Source: an uncultured Acidobacteriota bacterium (lineage in GTDB: Bacteria > Acidobacteriota > Thermoanaerobaculia > Multivoradales > JAGPDF01). From it: a stretch of 64,000 nucleotides of DNA. The position numbers and the translations under genes were made by a program. Numbering within the stretch: the stretch's first letter is position 1; each line of letters opens with the position of its first letter. Shown one piece after another: positions 1 through 9,178 of the stretch. The stretch lies in contig CAVOXC010000001.1 in assembly GCA_963700315.1 (NCBI GenBank), forward strand, positions 141,809 to 205,808, written 5' to 3'. Below the pieces are notes generated by a model, which made no database searches, was not told the DNA's origin, and saw only the letters and a list, made by a program, of their open reading frames with translations.

Positions 1-1
1 G

Positions 2-1624
2 GCGGGCGTCCGCCCGGGCGATCGAGTGGCGCTGATGGCCGAGAACGGCCCCCATTGGTCGATGGTCGACTTCGCCGCCTTGGCGATCGGTGCCGCGGTG
101 GTGCCGATCTACCCGACCCTCCTGCCCGAGGGCGCGGCCTACGTGGCCCGTGACAGTGGCTCGCGCATCCTCTTCGTCGCAGGGTCGGGAGCGCCTGGAG
201 GGCATGCTGAGAGTGCGCGCCCAGATGCCGGCCGTCGAGAGAATCGTGTTGATCGGCGCCGAGGTGCGCGAGGAGGGAGTCGAGGGGTTCGACGCGTTTC
301 GGGCCTTCGGCTCCGCGGTCACCGGAGGAGGAGTTCGACGCCTGGTGCGAGCGACCGAAGCCGGACAGACCTGGCGACGCTCATCTACACCAGCGGCACG
401 ACGGGAGACCCCAAAGGCGTCATGCTCACCCACGGCAACCTCGCTTCGAACGTCGTCACCGGCTGCGGCCAGCTCGGCCTGAAGGGCCACTTCACCGCAC
501 TCTCCTTCCTGCCGCTGTCGCACTCCTTCGAGCGGATGGTCGACTACTGCTACTTCTTCATGGGCGTGACGATCGCCTACGCCGAGTCGATCCAGGCAGT
601 GCCGCAGAACCTCCAGGAGGTCAAACCGCACGTCTTTGTCGCGGTGCCACGGCTCTACGAGAAGATCATGGCGCGCGCCTACGAGAACGCCGCCGCCGCC
701 GGCGGCGCCAAGGCCAAGATCTTTCGTTGGGCGGTCAAGGTGGGCAAGGACGCCCTGCCCAAGCGCCTCCGCTTCCAGAATCCGGGCGTGAAGGCGCGCG
801 CCGCCGACAAGCTCGTCTTCTCCAAGCTCAGGGCCAAGCTCGGCGGCCGCTTCGAATTCGGGATGTCGGGCGGCGCCCCGTTGGCGCGTGACGTCGCGGA
901 ATTCTTCTGGGCCGCCGGCCTGCCGATCTACGAGGGGTACGGGCTGACCGAGACCTCGCCCGTGCTCTCGGTCAACACGCGCACCGCGGTCAAGCTCGGC
1001 ACCGTCGGCAAGCCGATGCCGGACGTCGAGATCAAGATCGTCGAAGATGGCGAGATCTTGGCCCGTGGACCCAACATCATGAAGGGCTATTTCGGCAACC
1101 CCGAAGCCACGGCCGAGGTGCTCGACGCCGATCTCTGGTTCAAGACCGGCGACATCGGCCACCTCGACGACGAGGGATACCTCGTCATCACTGACCGCAA
1201 GAAGGAGCTGATCGTCAACGCCTACGGCAAGAACATCGCCCCGGCTCCGATCGAGAACGCGCTGAAAGCGAACCGGTTCGTCAGCCAGGCCATGGTGGTC
1301 GGCGACAAGCGCCAATTCTTGAGCGCCCTGCTCGTTCCCGACTTCGAAGCCTTCGCCACCTGGGCGACCGCTGAGAAGATCGGCGGCTCGGTCGCCGAGC
1401 AGCTCGCCCACGGCAAGTCGCGCGCGCTCTTCCAGGCCGAGGTCGACATCGTCAACGCTCAGCTCGCACGCTACGAGCAGCTGCGCAACTTCGAAGTGGT
1501 CCCCAACGACTTCACGCTCGAAGGCGGCGAGCTCACCCCCACGCTCAAGATCAAGCGCCGCGTCGTTCAGCAGAAGTACAAGGACCTCCTCGACAAGCTC
1601 TACGCCGCGGGAGAGAAGAGCTGA
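2..1624 (+). CDS. fadD: Long-chain acyl-CoA synthetase (AMP-forming), 5'-truncated by the window edge; internal frame irregularity at about 185-367
   Basis: The frame is open from base 2 (AGVRPGDRVALMAENGPHW). Adenylate-forming motifs are present: TSGTTGDPKGVMLTHGN, YEGYGLTETSP, TGDIGHLDDEGYLVITDRKKELI, PTLKIKRR. Confidence 0.8.
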   Translation, partial: AGVRPGDRVALMAENGPHWSMVDFAALAIGAAVVPIYPTLLPEGAAYVARDSGSRILFVAGSGAPGGHAESARPDAGRRENRVDRRRGARGGSRGVRRVSGLRLRGHRRRSSTPGASDRSRTDLATLIYTSGTTGDPKGVMLTHGNLASNVVTGCGQLGLKGHFTALSFLPLSHSFERMVDYCYFFMGVTIAYAESIQAVPQNLQEVKPHVFVAVPRLYEKIMARAYENAAAAGGAKAKIFRWAVKVGKDALPKRLRFQNPGVKARAADKLVFSKLRAKLGGRFEFGMSGGAPLARDVAEFFWAAGLPIYEGYGLTETSPVLSVNTRTAVKLGTVGKPMPDVEIKIVEDGEILARGPNIMKGYFGNPEATAEVLDADLWFKTGDIGHLDDEGYLVITDRKKELIVNAYGKNIAPAPIENALKANRFVSQAMVVGDKRQFLSALLVPDFEAFATWATAEKIGGSVAEQLAHGKSRALFQAEVDIVNAQLARYEQLRNFEVVPNDFTLEGGELTPTLKIKRRVVQQKYKDLLDKLYAAGEKS

Positions 1625-1625
1625 G

Positions 1626-3764
1626 ATGTCCGAGGCTCTCCGACTCGAGATCGGTGAGGATGGCCTCGCCACCCTGACGTTCGACCTTTCCGGCCGCAAG
1701 GCCAACATCTTCACCCGCGAAGTTCTCGCGGAGCTCGACGAGCTGATCATCGAGCTCGCGACCCGCACCGAGATAGGGTGCCTGACCCTCCAGTCCGCCA
1801 AACCGGACATCTTCATCGCCGGCGCTGACGTCGACGAGATCGCCGACGTCACCGATCCGGTCGAGGCGGAGGCGGGGTCGCGTTACGGACACCGGCTGTT
1901 CGCCGCATGGCAGGCCCTGCCCTTTCCCACCGTGGCCGCGATCCGCGGCACTTGTCTCGGCGGCGGCACGGAGATCTCGCTGGCATCCACCTGGATCGTG
2001 ATCTCGGACCGCCCCGACCTGAGGATCGGCCTACCGGAGATCAAGCTCGGTATCCTCCCCGGGTGGGGCGGCTGCGTGCGGCTGCCCCGCCGCGTCGGTC
2101 TGCTCGCCGCGCTCGACATCATCCTCGCGGGCAAGGCGATTCCCGGCGCCAGGGCGGCCAAGATCGGCCTCGCCGACGCGCTGTTTCCCGACGCGTCGTT
2201 CGAGCGCGACGTCCGTGCTTTCGCGCGATCCAAGGCCGGCAAAGCGCGGCGTGCGCGCCGTCGGTCGCGAGGGCTCAGCGCGGCGCTGCTCGAGAGCAAC
2301 CCGGTCGGCCGGCGCCTCGTCGTCTCGCAGGCGCGCAAGAAGACGTTGGCGCAGACCAAGGGCAAATACCCAGCGCCTCTCCGCGCGCTCGACGTCGTCG
2401 CGACCGGGGTCGCCAAGGGACCCGCCGCGGGATTCGACGCCGAGGCGCGGGCGATCGGCGAGCTCGCGACCTCCGCGGAGGCCAAGGGTCTCATCTACCT
2501 CTTCCGGCAGCTGGAGGCCGCCAAGAAGAGCGACGACGGCGCCGCGCCACTCCCACCCGTCCGCCGCCCGGCGGTGATCGGCGCCGGCGTGATGGGCGGA
2601 GGCATCGCCCATCTCGTCGCCGACAAGGCGGGCCTGCCGATCCGGGTCAAGGACATTCAGACGCAGGCGCTCTCGACCGCCCTGGCCCACGCCGCGAGCC
2701 TGTTCGACAAGCAGGTGCGGCGGCGGCGGATGAAGCCCGCCGAGCGTCGTAGCAAGATGGGACTGCTGCAACCAACGCTCGAGGACTCCGGGCTCGAGAC
2801 CTGCGATTTCGTCATCGAGGCCGTGGTCGAGAACCTCTCGATCAAGCAGAAGATCTTCGCCGAGCTCTCCCGGCGGGTCTCGGACCGGGCGATCCTGGCG
2901 AGCAACACCTCGTCGCTTTCGATCGACGCGATCGGCCAGCTCGCGGTTCGGCGCGAGCGCGTCGTCGGCATGCACTTTTTCAACCCCGTCGACAGAATGC
3001 CGCTGGTCGAGGTCGTCGCCGGACGTCACACCTCGGCGCAGACCACGGCCGCGGTGGCGGCCTTGGCTCGCCGGCTCGGCAAGACTCCGGTCGTCGTGCG
3101 TGACGGCCCTGGCTTTCTGGTCAACCGTCTGCTCGCGTTCTACTCGGCCGAGGCGATGTGGCTGCTCGACGAGGGATTCCGGATCGAGGACATCGACCGC
3201 GCCATGCTCGACTGGGGGATGCCGATGGGGCCGCTTCGCCTCGGCGACGAGGTGGGACTCGACGTTTCCGCCAAGGTCGGTCACATCCTGCACGAGGCCT
3301 TCGGCGACCGCCTGCCCTTCCCGGCCTGGATCGACAAGCTGCCCGAGAGCGGGCGGCTCGGCGTCAAGTCGGGTCTCGGCATCTACCGCTACGAAGGCAA
3401 GAGGCAGCTCGGCCCGGACGAGGCGGTCTACGGCGTGCTCGGGCTCAACCCGCGCCATCGCGACCCGGAACTGGAGGCGCTCGCCGAACGCATGGTGCTG
3501 CCGATGGTCAACGAGGCGGCTCGCTGCCTCGAAGAGGGGATCGTCGGCTCGCCCGGCGAGCTCGATCTCGCGATGGTGTTCGGCACCGGCTTCCCGCCCT
3601 TCCGCGGCGGCCTCTGCCGCTGGGCCGACGGTACGGGCCTGGAGGCGCTTGCCGACCGGCTCGAGCGCTATGCCGAGGCCGTGGGCCCCCGCTTCGCACC
3701 GAGCGATGCCCTGCGCCGTTTCGCCAAGCAGGGCGGCTTCGCCGCCGCCAGCCTGCAGGGCTAG
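1626..3764 (+). CDS. Bifunctional enoyl-CoA hydratase / 3-hydroxyacyl-CoA dehydrogenase (FadB/FadJ type)
   Basis: 712 aa. N-terminal crotonase fold (FIAGADVDEI, GGGTEISLA), central NAD-binding VIGAGVMGGGIA, then NTSSLSI and HFFNPV motifs. It starts 2 nt after the fadD stop. Confidence 0.85.
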   Translation: MSEALRLEIGEDGLATLTFDLSGRKANIFTREVLAELDELIIELATRTEIGCLTLQSAKPDIFIAGADVDEIADVTDPVEAEAGSRYGHRLFAAWQALPFPTVAAIRGTCLGGGTEISLASTWIVISDRPDLRIGLPEIKLGILPGWGGCVRLPRRVGLLAALDIILAGKAIPGARAAKIGLADALFPDASFERDVRAFARSKAGKARRARRRSRGLSAALLESNPVGRRLVVSQARKKTLAQTKGKYPAPLRALDVVATGVAKGPAAGFDAEARAIGELATSAEAKGLIYLFRQLEAAKKSDDGAAPLPPVRRPAVIGAGVMGGGIAHLVADKAGLPIRVKDIQTQALSTALAHAASLFDKQVRRRRMKPAERRSKMGLLQPTLEDSGLETCDFVIEAVVENLSIKQKIFAELSRRVSDRAILASNTSSLSIDAIGQLAVRRERVVGMHFFNPVDRMPLVEVVAGRHTSAQTTAAVAALARRLGKTPVVVRDGPGFLVNRLLAFYSAEAMWLLDEGFRIEDIDRAMLDWGMPMGPLRLGDEVGLDVSAKVGHILHEAFGDRLPFPAWIDKLPESGRLGVKSGLGIYRYEGKRQLGPDEAVYGVLGLNPRHRDPELEALAERMVLPMVNEAARCLEEGIVGSPGELDLAMVFGTGFPPFRGGLCRWADGTGLEALADRLERYAEAVGPRFAPSDALRRFAKQGGFAAASLQG

Positions 3765-3778
3765 ACGGAATCGAGCCC

Positions 3779-6301
3779 TCAGCGCACGCCCAACTCGGCG
3801 GCCTGGCGTCGGACCAGCGACCAGGTCTCGGGCTCGAGGTGCGACTCGATGCCGGCGCGCTCTCCCTCCCGGTGCAGTCGCAACGCCTCCGCGTACCACG
3901 CCCGCGCGCGCCCCAGCCAACCCTCACGCTCGCTCTCGTCGGCCGCACTCGCGGCGGCGATCCGCGCTGCGGTCGCGAGGTGGAACTGCAAGAAGGCCCG
4001 CTCGTAGATCAGGAACGCCGGTGACCCCGGGCGCTCGGTGGCGCGGCGCAGCGACTCGAGAGCCTCGCCATGCTGCGCGAACGCCTCGTCGAGACGGCCG
4101 TCGGCGATCATCGCGACCGCGAGCTCGGTGCGCGTGCTCGAGAGCCGGCGCCGGACCTGGTGATTCTCCAGATCTGCAGCGGCGATCGCCGAGTACAGGC
4201 GCTCGGCCCGCTCGAGCAGCGCTACGCCCTCGGCCGTGAGTCCATTCTGCCAAGTGTGACTGCCCGACGTCGCGAGCACGGCCGCCAGGCGATCCCGGAT
4301 CTCCACGCTCTCCGGCTCCTCCACCGCGAGCTGTTCGAGGATCTCCAGCGCCTCGGCGAAAGCCTCGAGCGCCTCCGGTCCACGCTCGAGTCGGTACATC
4401 ACCCGGCCGTACGCGAGCTCCGACTCGGCCCGTTCGAGCCGCAGCGTTCGATCACCGGCGGCGAGCTCGACGGCGCGCCTCGACGCGGCGCGCGCGCGTC
4501 TGGCCGGCTCTGCCGCCTCCGCAATGCGCCCAGAAAACCCGAGCAGGTCGACCTCGTCACGGAGCGCCCCGGCGAGTGCGCGCAGTTCTTCCGGAACGCC
4601 TGGACGATCACGCACGAGCTCCTCGGCGAGCGCGACCGAGCGCTTGGCGGCCGAGAGGCGGGACTCCGGTTCGAGCTCGCCCTCGAATCGGCGTCGCGCC
4701 ATCGCCCCGAGGATTCTCACCATCAAGCGGCGATCCTCCAACGCCTCCGAGGCCTTCAGCTGTGGCTCGATCAGGGCCCGCGCGGTCTCGAAGAGCGGCG
4801 CGCTCTGCTCCGACATCTCGAGAGCGGCCGCTGCGCGGCGATCGGAGAGGATCTCGCCGACCCGCAGGTAGCCCTCGGCGACCTCTCGGGTGAGCGCTGG
4901 GTCGCCGCCAGACTCCGCCCGCAACCGTGCGAGATAGTGGAGCCCGCGCTCGAGCAGGAGCCGTCGAGCGGCGGTCGCGCCATCGACGTCGCGGATCGCG
5001 TCGTGAATCTCAAAGAGGAGCGCGCGGGCGAGCTCACGAGTCTCGGCGAAGCGCCGCTCCGCGACGTCGCGCCCCGCGCGGAGGCGCAGCGCATAGACGA
5101 CACTCGTCGCCGCGAAGAGGGACAGAACGAGCCCGCCAGCCGCGAGCGCCCAACGGTGCCGTCGAGCGAACTTGGCGGCGCGGTAGGCCGACGTACCGCG
5201 GCGCGCTGAGACCGGCCGGCCTTCGAGGAACCGTCGCAGGTCGTCGCCGAGCTCCTCGACCGAGCGATAGCGCGCCCCCGGCTCCTTGCGCAGCGCCTTG
5301 AGGACGATCGCGTCCAGATCGCCGCGCAGCTCCTGCGGGCGGAATGCCGGAGCGACGGCAAGAGCGCGCTCGAGCGCGCTCGAGGGGCGTTCGGGCTCTT
5401 CCTCCTCGATGGCGCGAACCAGCGCGGCGGGCGACGTCGTTCGCTCGTGGAAGGGCGTCCTGCCAGCAAGCAGCTCGTAGAGCACCACTCCGAGCGAGTA
5501 GACGTCGCTTCCGGTCGTCACGGCCTCGCCACGAATCTGCTCGGGGCTCGCATACTCCAGGGTCAGCAGTCGCTCTGCCGACATCGTCGCCGCGGGGAGA
5601 TTCGGCCCGCCATCGAGCAACTCGGCGATCCCGAAGTCGAGGAGCTTGGGTTCACCTTCGGCGGTGACGAGAACGTTGGCGGGCTTGAGGTCGCGGTGGA
5701 CGACGAGCCTGCGATGGGCGTACGCGACGGCGTCGAGAACCCGGCAGAAGAGGCGGACGCGTTCGGCACTACCGCGGTGGCCGGCGACGGCCCAGGTCAC
5801 GAGATCGACTCCCTCCACGTGCTCGAGGACCAGAAAAGGCAGGCCCTCCGCGCTTTCGCCGCCGTCGAGGACGCGCGCAATGCCGGGATGTTCGAGCGCG
5901 GCAACGATGTGGCGCTCGCGCGCGAAGCGCCGCCGGAAACTTCCCGAGTCGACGCCACCGCGCAGTACCTTGAGCGCCGCCGCCTTCTCGAAGGCGCGGT
6001 CGGCGCGGCGGACCAGGTAGACGCGGCCCATGCCCCCTTCGCCCAGGATCCGCTCGATCATCCAGTTTCCCAACCGGCGGCCGAGGAGCGGGTCCGCCTC
6101 GTCGCGCGACTCCACGACCAGCCGCACGCCAGGGTCCCGTGCGGCGGCGAGGTCCGCGGCGAGAAGCTCGGCCACCTCTGCGGCGAGTCCGGGATCGCTC
6201 TGCCGCAGCTGCTCGAGCCGGCGTTGCGCCGCGGCGGCATCGAGCTCGACGAGCTCGTCGAAGCGGGCGCGAACGCTCGCCCAGCGGAGGGCATCGGTCA
6301 T
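3779..6301 (-). CDS. Ser/Thr protein kinase with a TM segment and a C-terminal TPR-like helical domain
   Basis: Hanks kinase motifs are present: GEGGMGRVYL, AALKVL, HRDLKPANVLV, DFGIA, ASPEQ. A hydrophobic segment (WALAAGGLVLSLFAATSVVYAL) is followed by a roughly 430-aa helical region. Confidence 0.85.
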   Translation of the reverse strand: MTDALRWASVRARFDELVELDAAAAQRRLEQLRQSDPGLAAEVAELLAADLAAARDPGVRLVVESRDEADPLLGRRLGNWMIERILGEGGMGRVYLVRRADRAFEKAAALKVLRGGVDSGSFRRRFARERHIVAALEHPGIARVLDGGESAEGLPFLVLEHVEGVDLVTWAVAGHRGSAERVRLFCRVLDAVAYAHRRLVVHRDLKPANVLVTAEGEPKLLDFGIAELLDGGPNLPAATMSAERLLTLEYASPEQIRGEAVTTGSDVYSLGVVLYELLAGRTPFHERTTSPAALVRAIEEEEPERPSSALERALAVAPAFRPQELRGDLDAIVLKALRKEPGARYRSVEELGDDLRRFLEGRPVSARRGTSAYRAAKFARRHRWALAAGGLVLSLFAATSVVYALRLRAGRDVAERRFAETRELARALLFEIHDAIRDVDGATAARRLLLERGLHYLARLRAESGGDPALTREVAEGYLRVGEILSDRRAAAALEMSEQSAPLFETARALIEPQLKASEALEDRRLMVRILGAMARRRFEGELEPESRLSAAKRSVALAEELVRDRPGVPEELRALAGALRDEVDLLGFSGRIAEAAEPARRARAASRRAVELAAGDRTLRLERAESELAYGRVMYRLERGPEALEAFAEALEILEQLAVEEPESVEIRDRLAAVLATSGSHTWQNGLTAEGVALLERAERLYSAIAAADLENHQVRRRLSSTRTELAVAMIADGRLDEAFAQHGEALESLRRATERPGSPAFLIYERAFLQFHLATAARIAAASAADESEREGWLGRARAWYAEALRLHREGERAGIESHLEPETWSLVRRQAAELGVR

Positions 6302-6879
6302 CCGGAGAGCTCACGCTGCAAGAACGCTCGCGCGGAGCGGAAATCGCGCTTGACGGTCGGCGTCGACAGGTCCAGGAGCTCAGCAGTCTCCGCGATGGAG
6401 AGGCCGACGAAGTAGCGCAGGCCGACGATCTCGGCTTGCCGGGGGTCGAGGTCGGCGAGCCGGTCGAGCGCTTGGTCGAGCGCGAGCAGGTCGAGCTCGG
6501 CAGGGGCTTCCAGCGCGAGGCCGGGGGAGAGCTCGACCCGCACCGCGCCGCCCGCGCGCTTCTCGGCGCCGCGCGCCCTGGCGTGATCGACCAGGATGCG
6601 CCGGATCAGGCGCGACGCGACGGCGAAGAAGTGCCGACGGTTGGCCCAGCGCGCCCGGTCTTGAGCCGCCAAACGAAGGTAGAGCTCGTGAACGATCGCG
6701 GTCGGAGTGAGCGTCGCGCCCGGAGCCTCGCCGCGAGCGTGACGACCGGCGATCGCGCGCAACTCGGCATAGACGAGCGGCACCAGCTCTTCGAACGCTC
6801 CCGCCTCCCCCAGGCTCCAGGAATGGAGCAGCGCGGTGATCCGGCCGATCGGTTCGGCGGCATCGACCCCTTGACCCAT
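6298..6879 (-). CDS. ECF-type RNA polymerase sigma factor (Sigma70_ECF / TIGR02999-like)
   Basis: 193 aa. ITALLHSWSLGE...LVPLVYAELRAIA...TLTPTAIVHELYLRL...RRHFFAVASRLIRRILVDHARA matches this ECF subfamily. Region 4 HTH is LSIAETAELLDLSTPTVKRDF. The stop overlaps the kinase start (ATGA, 6298-6301). Confidence 0.85.
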   Translation of the reverse strand: MGQGVDAAEPIGRITALLHSWSLGEAGAFEELVPLVYAELRAIAGRHARGEAPGATLTPTAIVHELYLRLAAQDRARWANRRHFFAVASRLIRRILVDHARARGAEKRAGGAVRVELSPGLALEAPAELDLLALDQALDRLADLDPRQAEIVGLRYFVGLSIAETAELLDLSTPTVKRDFRSARAFLQRELSG

Positions 6880-6984
6880 GGCCGAGAGATCCTATCCGGC
6901 GGCGCGGCTCGATCCGGGTCGGACGCGACCCGAATGATCCATTCATCGGCCAGATTCCGCGATTGGAGCAGGAGGGACCTCACC

Positions 6985-9012
6985 ATGTCGCTGTTCGCAT
7001 CCAGAGGGGGCTCGTCTCGGCCCGATCTCGCCGCTCGGTTCGTCACCTGCTGCGCCCGCTGGCTCTCTTTGCTCGCTCCGCTCTGCGCGCTCGAATCCGT
7101 TGCAGGAGCAGCCCAACCCAGTGCGCTCCCCTACGCACCACAGTCCCAGGTCAACACCACGACAGCCGGCTACCAGGGCAGTCCCGCGGTCGCCGCGCTC
7201 GGCGCTGCCGGCTGGATTGCGCTCTGGGTCGATCAGGGCGGCGGGGGGCCTGCCATCCGCGTACGCCACCTCGAGCGCGACGGCACGCCGGCGAGCGGCG
7301 AGTGGACTCTCTCGACGGCCCCGAGCACCGGCTCTCCAGAGCTCGCCCGTCTCGACGACGGGCGCTTCGTCGCGGTGTGGCCCGACCACTCGGCGCCGCT
7401 CGTCGAAGGCAACTCCCCCGGCATCTACGCGCGATTCCTCGACTCCTCCGGCCAGCCGGACGGTGACCTCCTCACCCTCTACGCCAACAACGTCACCGCG
7501 AGCGATCCTGACGTCGAGCCGGGCCCGGGAGGAGGCTTCGTCGTCTCCTGGCACGACTTTCAGGACGTCTGGGTGCGCCGGTTCGACGCCTCTGGAGCTC
7601 CGCTCGGACCCGAGCAGATGGCGAACACACTCGCGGGCATCCAGCAGGCGCCGCGGCTAGCGCGACTCGACGGCGGCGGGGGCCACGTCGTCGCCTGGAC
7701 CAGCTGGACCTCGGCCGGCACCGACGACGTCGGCTCGAGCGTCCAGTGGCGGCGGCTGGCCGCGACGGGCGCCTTCATCGGCCCGGAGGTCCAGGCCAAC
7801 AGCTTCATTTCGGGCCATCAGGAGATGCCGGACGTCGCCGCGCTCCCCGGCGGTGGCTTCGCGATGGTCTGGCGCAGCGTCCCGGCGCAAGGGGCTCGGC
7901 ACAGCGACGCACCCGAGGGGGATCCGATCGGCGACGGGATCGACCTGCGATTCTTCGACTCAGCCGGCGCACCGCGGGCGCCCGAGGAGACGGTCAGCCT
8001 CGACGCCGGACCGTCCGTCGTCAATCCGGCGATTCGGCGTGCCCCGGACGGTGACCTGCTGCTCGTCTGGAAGGTCGCCTCCGATGCCGTGATCGCCCGG
8101 CGCACCGAGCCGCGGCCGCATGGCTTCATCGGCGGCGAGCTGACGATCGACGACTTCGGCGCCGCTTCGGGGCTCGAGTACCCGAAGGCCGGCTTCGACG
8201 CCGAGGGGGACTTCGCGGTGGTCTGGGAGTCGTACGGCGCGTCCCCGGGCGGCGACGCTTCCGACGGCTCGGTTCAGTTGCGCTCGTTTACCATCGGTCG
8301 TGTCGCGCACTGGCGCTTCGAGGAGGGGAGCGGGCCGCTGGCCTTCGATGCGGCGGGGCTCGATCCGGACGACGCCACGATCTCCGGCGGTGGCGACCCG
8401 GCCTGGAGCTGGGGCAGACCCGGGAGCGGCGCGCTCGCCTTCGCGGGCGACGGCTTCGCAGACGTTTCGCCCTCGTTCGATCTCGACATCACCGACGCCG
8501 CAGTGACATTGACCGCCTGGGTTTACCTCGAGACGCTCCCGAGCGCGCTCGCCGAGCCGTACGCCTCGATCTACGACGCCGCCGAGGACAACTACGTCCT
8601 CTATCTCGATCGCGACTTGGCGGAGCTGCGCTTCAAGGTGACCGACTCCAACGGCACCGCCGAGCGACCTGGGATCGCCCAGGCGATGCTGCCGCTCCGT
8701 CGCTGGTTCCACGTCGCCGGCGTCTATCGCGGCGACGCGGCGACGGCGTCGATCTATCTCGATGGCCAGCTCGCCGACGCGCACGTCAATCCCTCGCTCG
8801 TCGATCCGGTGCGGTCCATTCCGGCGCAGATCGTCGCCATCGGGCGCGACGGCCTCAACGACCGCTACTACTTCGACGGCCGCGTCGACGAGATCGAGGT
8901 CTGGCGCCGCGGCCTGTCGCAAGCGGAGATCGCGCTCGCCCGCGGGCCCTGGATCTTCGGCGACGGCTTCGAGCGCGGCGACACTCTCGGCTGGTCCTCG
9001 AGCCAGCCATGA
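6985..9012 (+). CDS. Secreted repeat protein: about seven W-motif repeats plus a C-terminal LamG/concanavalin-A-like domain
   Basis: ATG at 6985 is preceded by GGAGG with 9 nt between them (6971-6975). Signal-like N-terminus (LSLLAPLCALESVAGAAQ). Recurrent hhhxW motifs: WIALWVD, FVAVWPD, FVVSWHD, HVVAWTS, FAMVWRS, LLLVWKV, FAVVWES. The C-terminus has LamG-like text (LTAWVYLE..., YLDGQL..., YYFDGRVDEIEVWRRGLSQAEI). The 6139-6984 part of the track ORF overlaps the sigma and kinase genes and is not coding. Confidence 0.7.
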   Translation: MSLFASRGGSSRPDLAARFVTCCARWLSLLAPLCALESVAGAAQPSALPYAPQSQVNTTTAGYQGSPAVAALGAAGWIALWVDQGGGGPAIRVRHLERDGTPASGEWTLSTAPSTGSPELARLDDGRFVAVWPDHSAPLVEGNSPGIYARFLDSSGQPDGDLLTLYANNVTASDPDVEPGPGGGFVVSWHDFQDVWVRRFDASGAPLGPEQMANTLAGIQQAPRLARLDGGGGHVVAWTSWTSAGTDDVGSSVQWRRLAATGAFIGPEVQANSFISGHQEMPDVAALPGGGFAMVWRSVPAQGARHSDAPEGDPIGDGIDLRFFDSAGAPRAPEETVSLDAGPSVVNPAIRRAPDGDLLLVWKVASDAVIARRTEPRPHGFIGGELTIDDFGAASGLEYPKAGFDAEGDFAVVWESYGASPGGDASDGSVQLRSFTIGRVAHWRFEEGSGPLAFDAAGLDPDDATISGGGDPAWSWGRPGSGALAFAGDGFADVSPSFDLDITDAAVTLTAWVYLETLPSALAEPYASIYDAAEDNYVLYLDRDLAELRFKVTDSNGTAERPGIAQAMLPLRRWFHVAGVYRGDAATASIYLDGQLADAHVNPSLVDPVRSIPAQIVAIGRDGLNDRYYFDGRVDEIEVWRRGLSQAEIALARGPWIFGDGFERGDTLGWSSSQP

Positions 9013-9178
9013 GCCCAGGTCGAGAGCGGCCGACGAGCTCGACGCCCTCGACCGCCCTCGGCCGCCCTCATCGCTCTCCTCCTCGCCGGCGAATCGAGCA
9101 GGTGGTGTCAGAGCTGTGGCCGCATGCCCTTCCCTGGTCCGTTCCTTGCAGTCTCTTGTGGACCGAAAGGGGTTGCGC

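Noticed and set aside
2031-3920. 629-aa ORF on the minus strand
   Set aside because: It is antisense to the FadB/FadJ-type gene, whose crotonase and NAD-binding motifs are clear. The translation is Arg/Gly/Ala-rich noise.
6139-6984. N-terminal 282 codons of the 957-aa ORF 6139..9012
   Set aside because: This part overlaps the kinase 5' end and the whole ECF sigma gene on the opposite strand and is Arg-rich noise. A signal-peptide-bearing start with an SD occurs at 6985.
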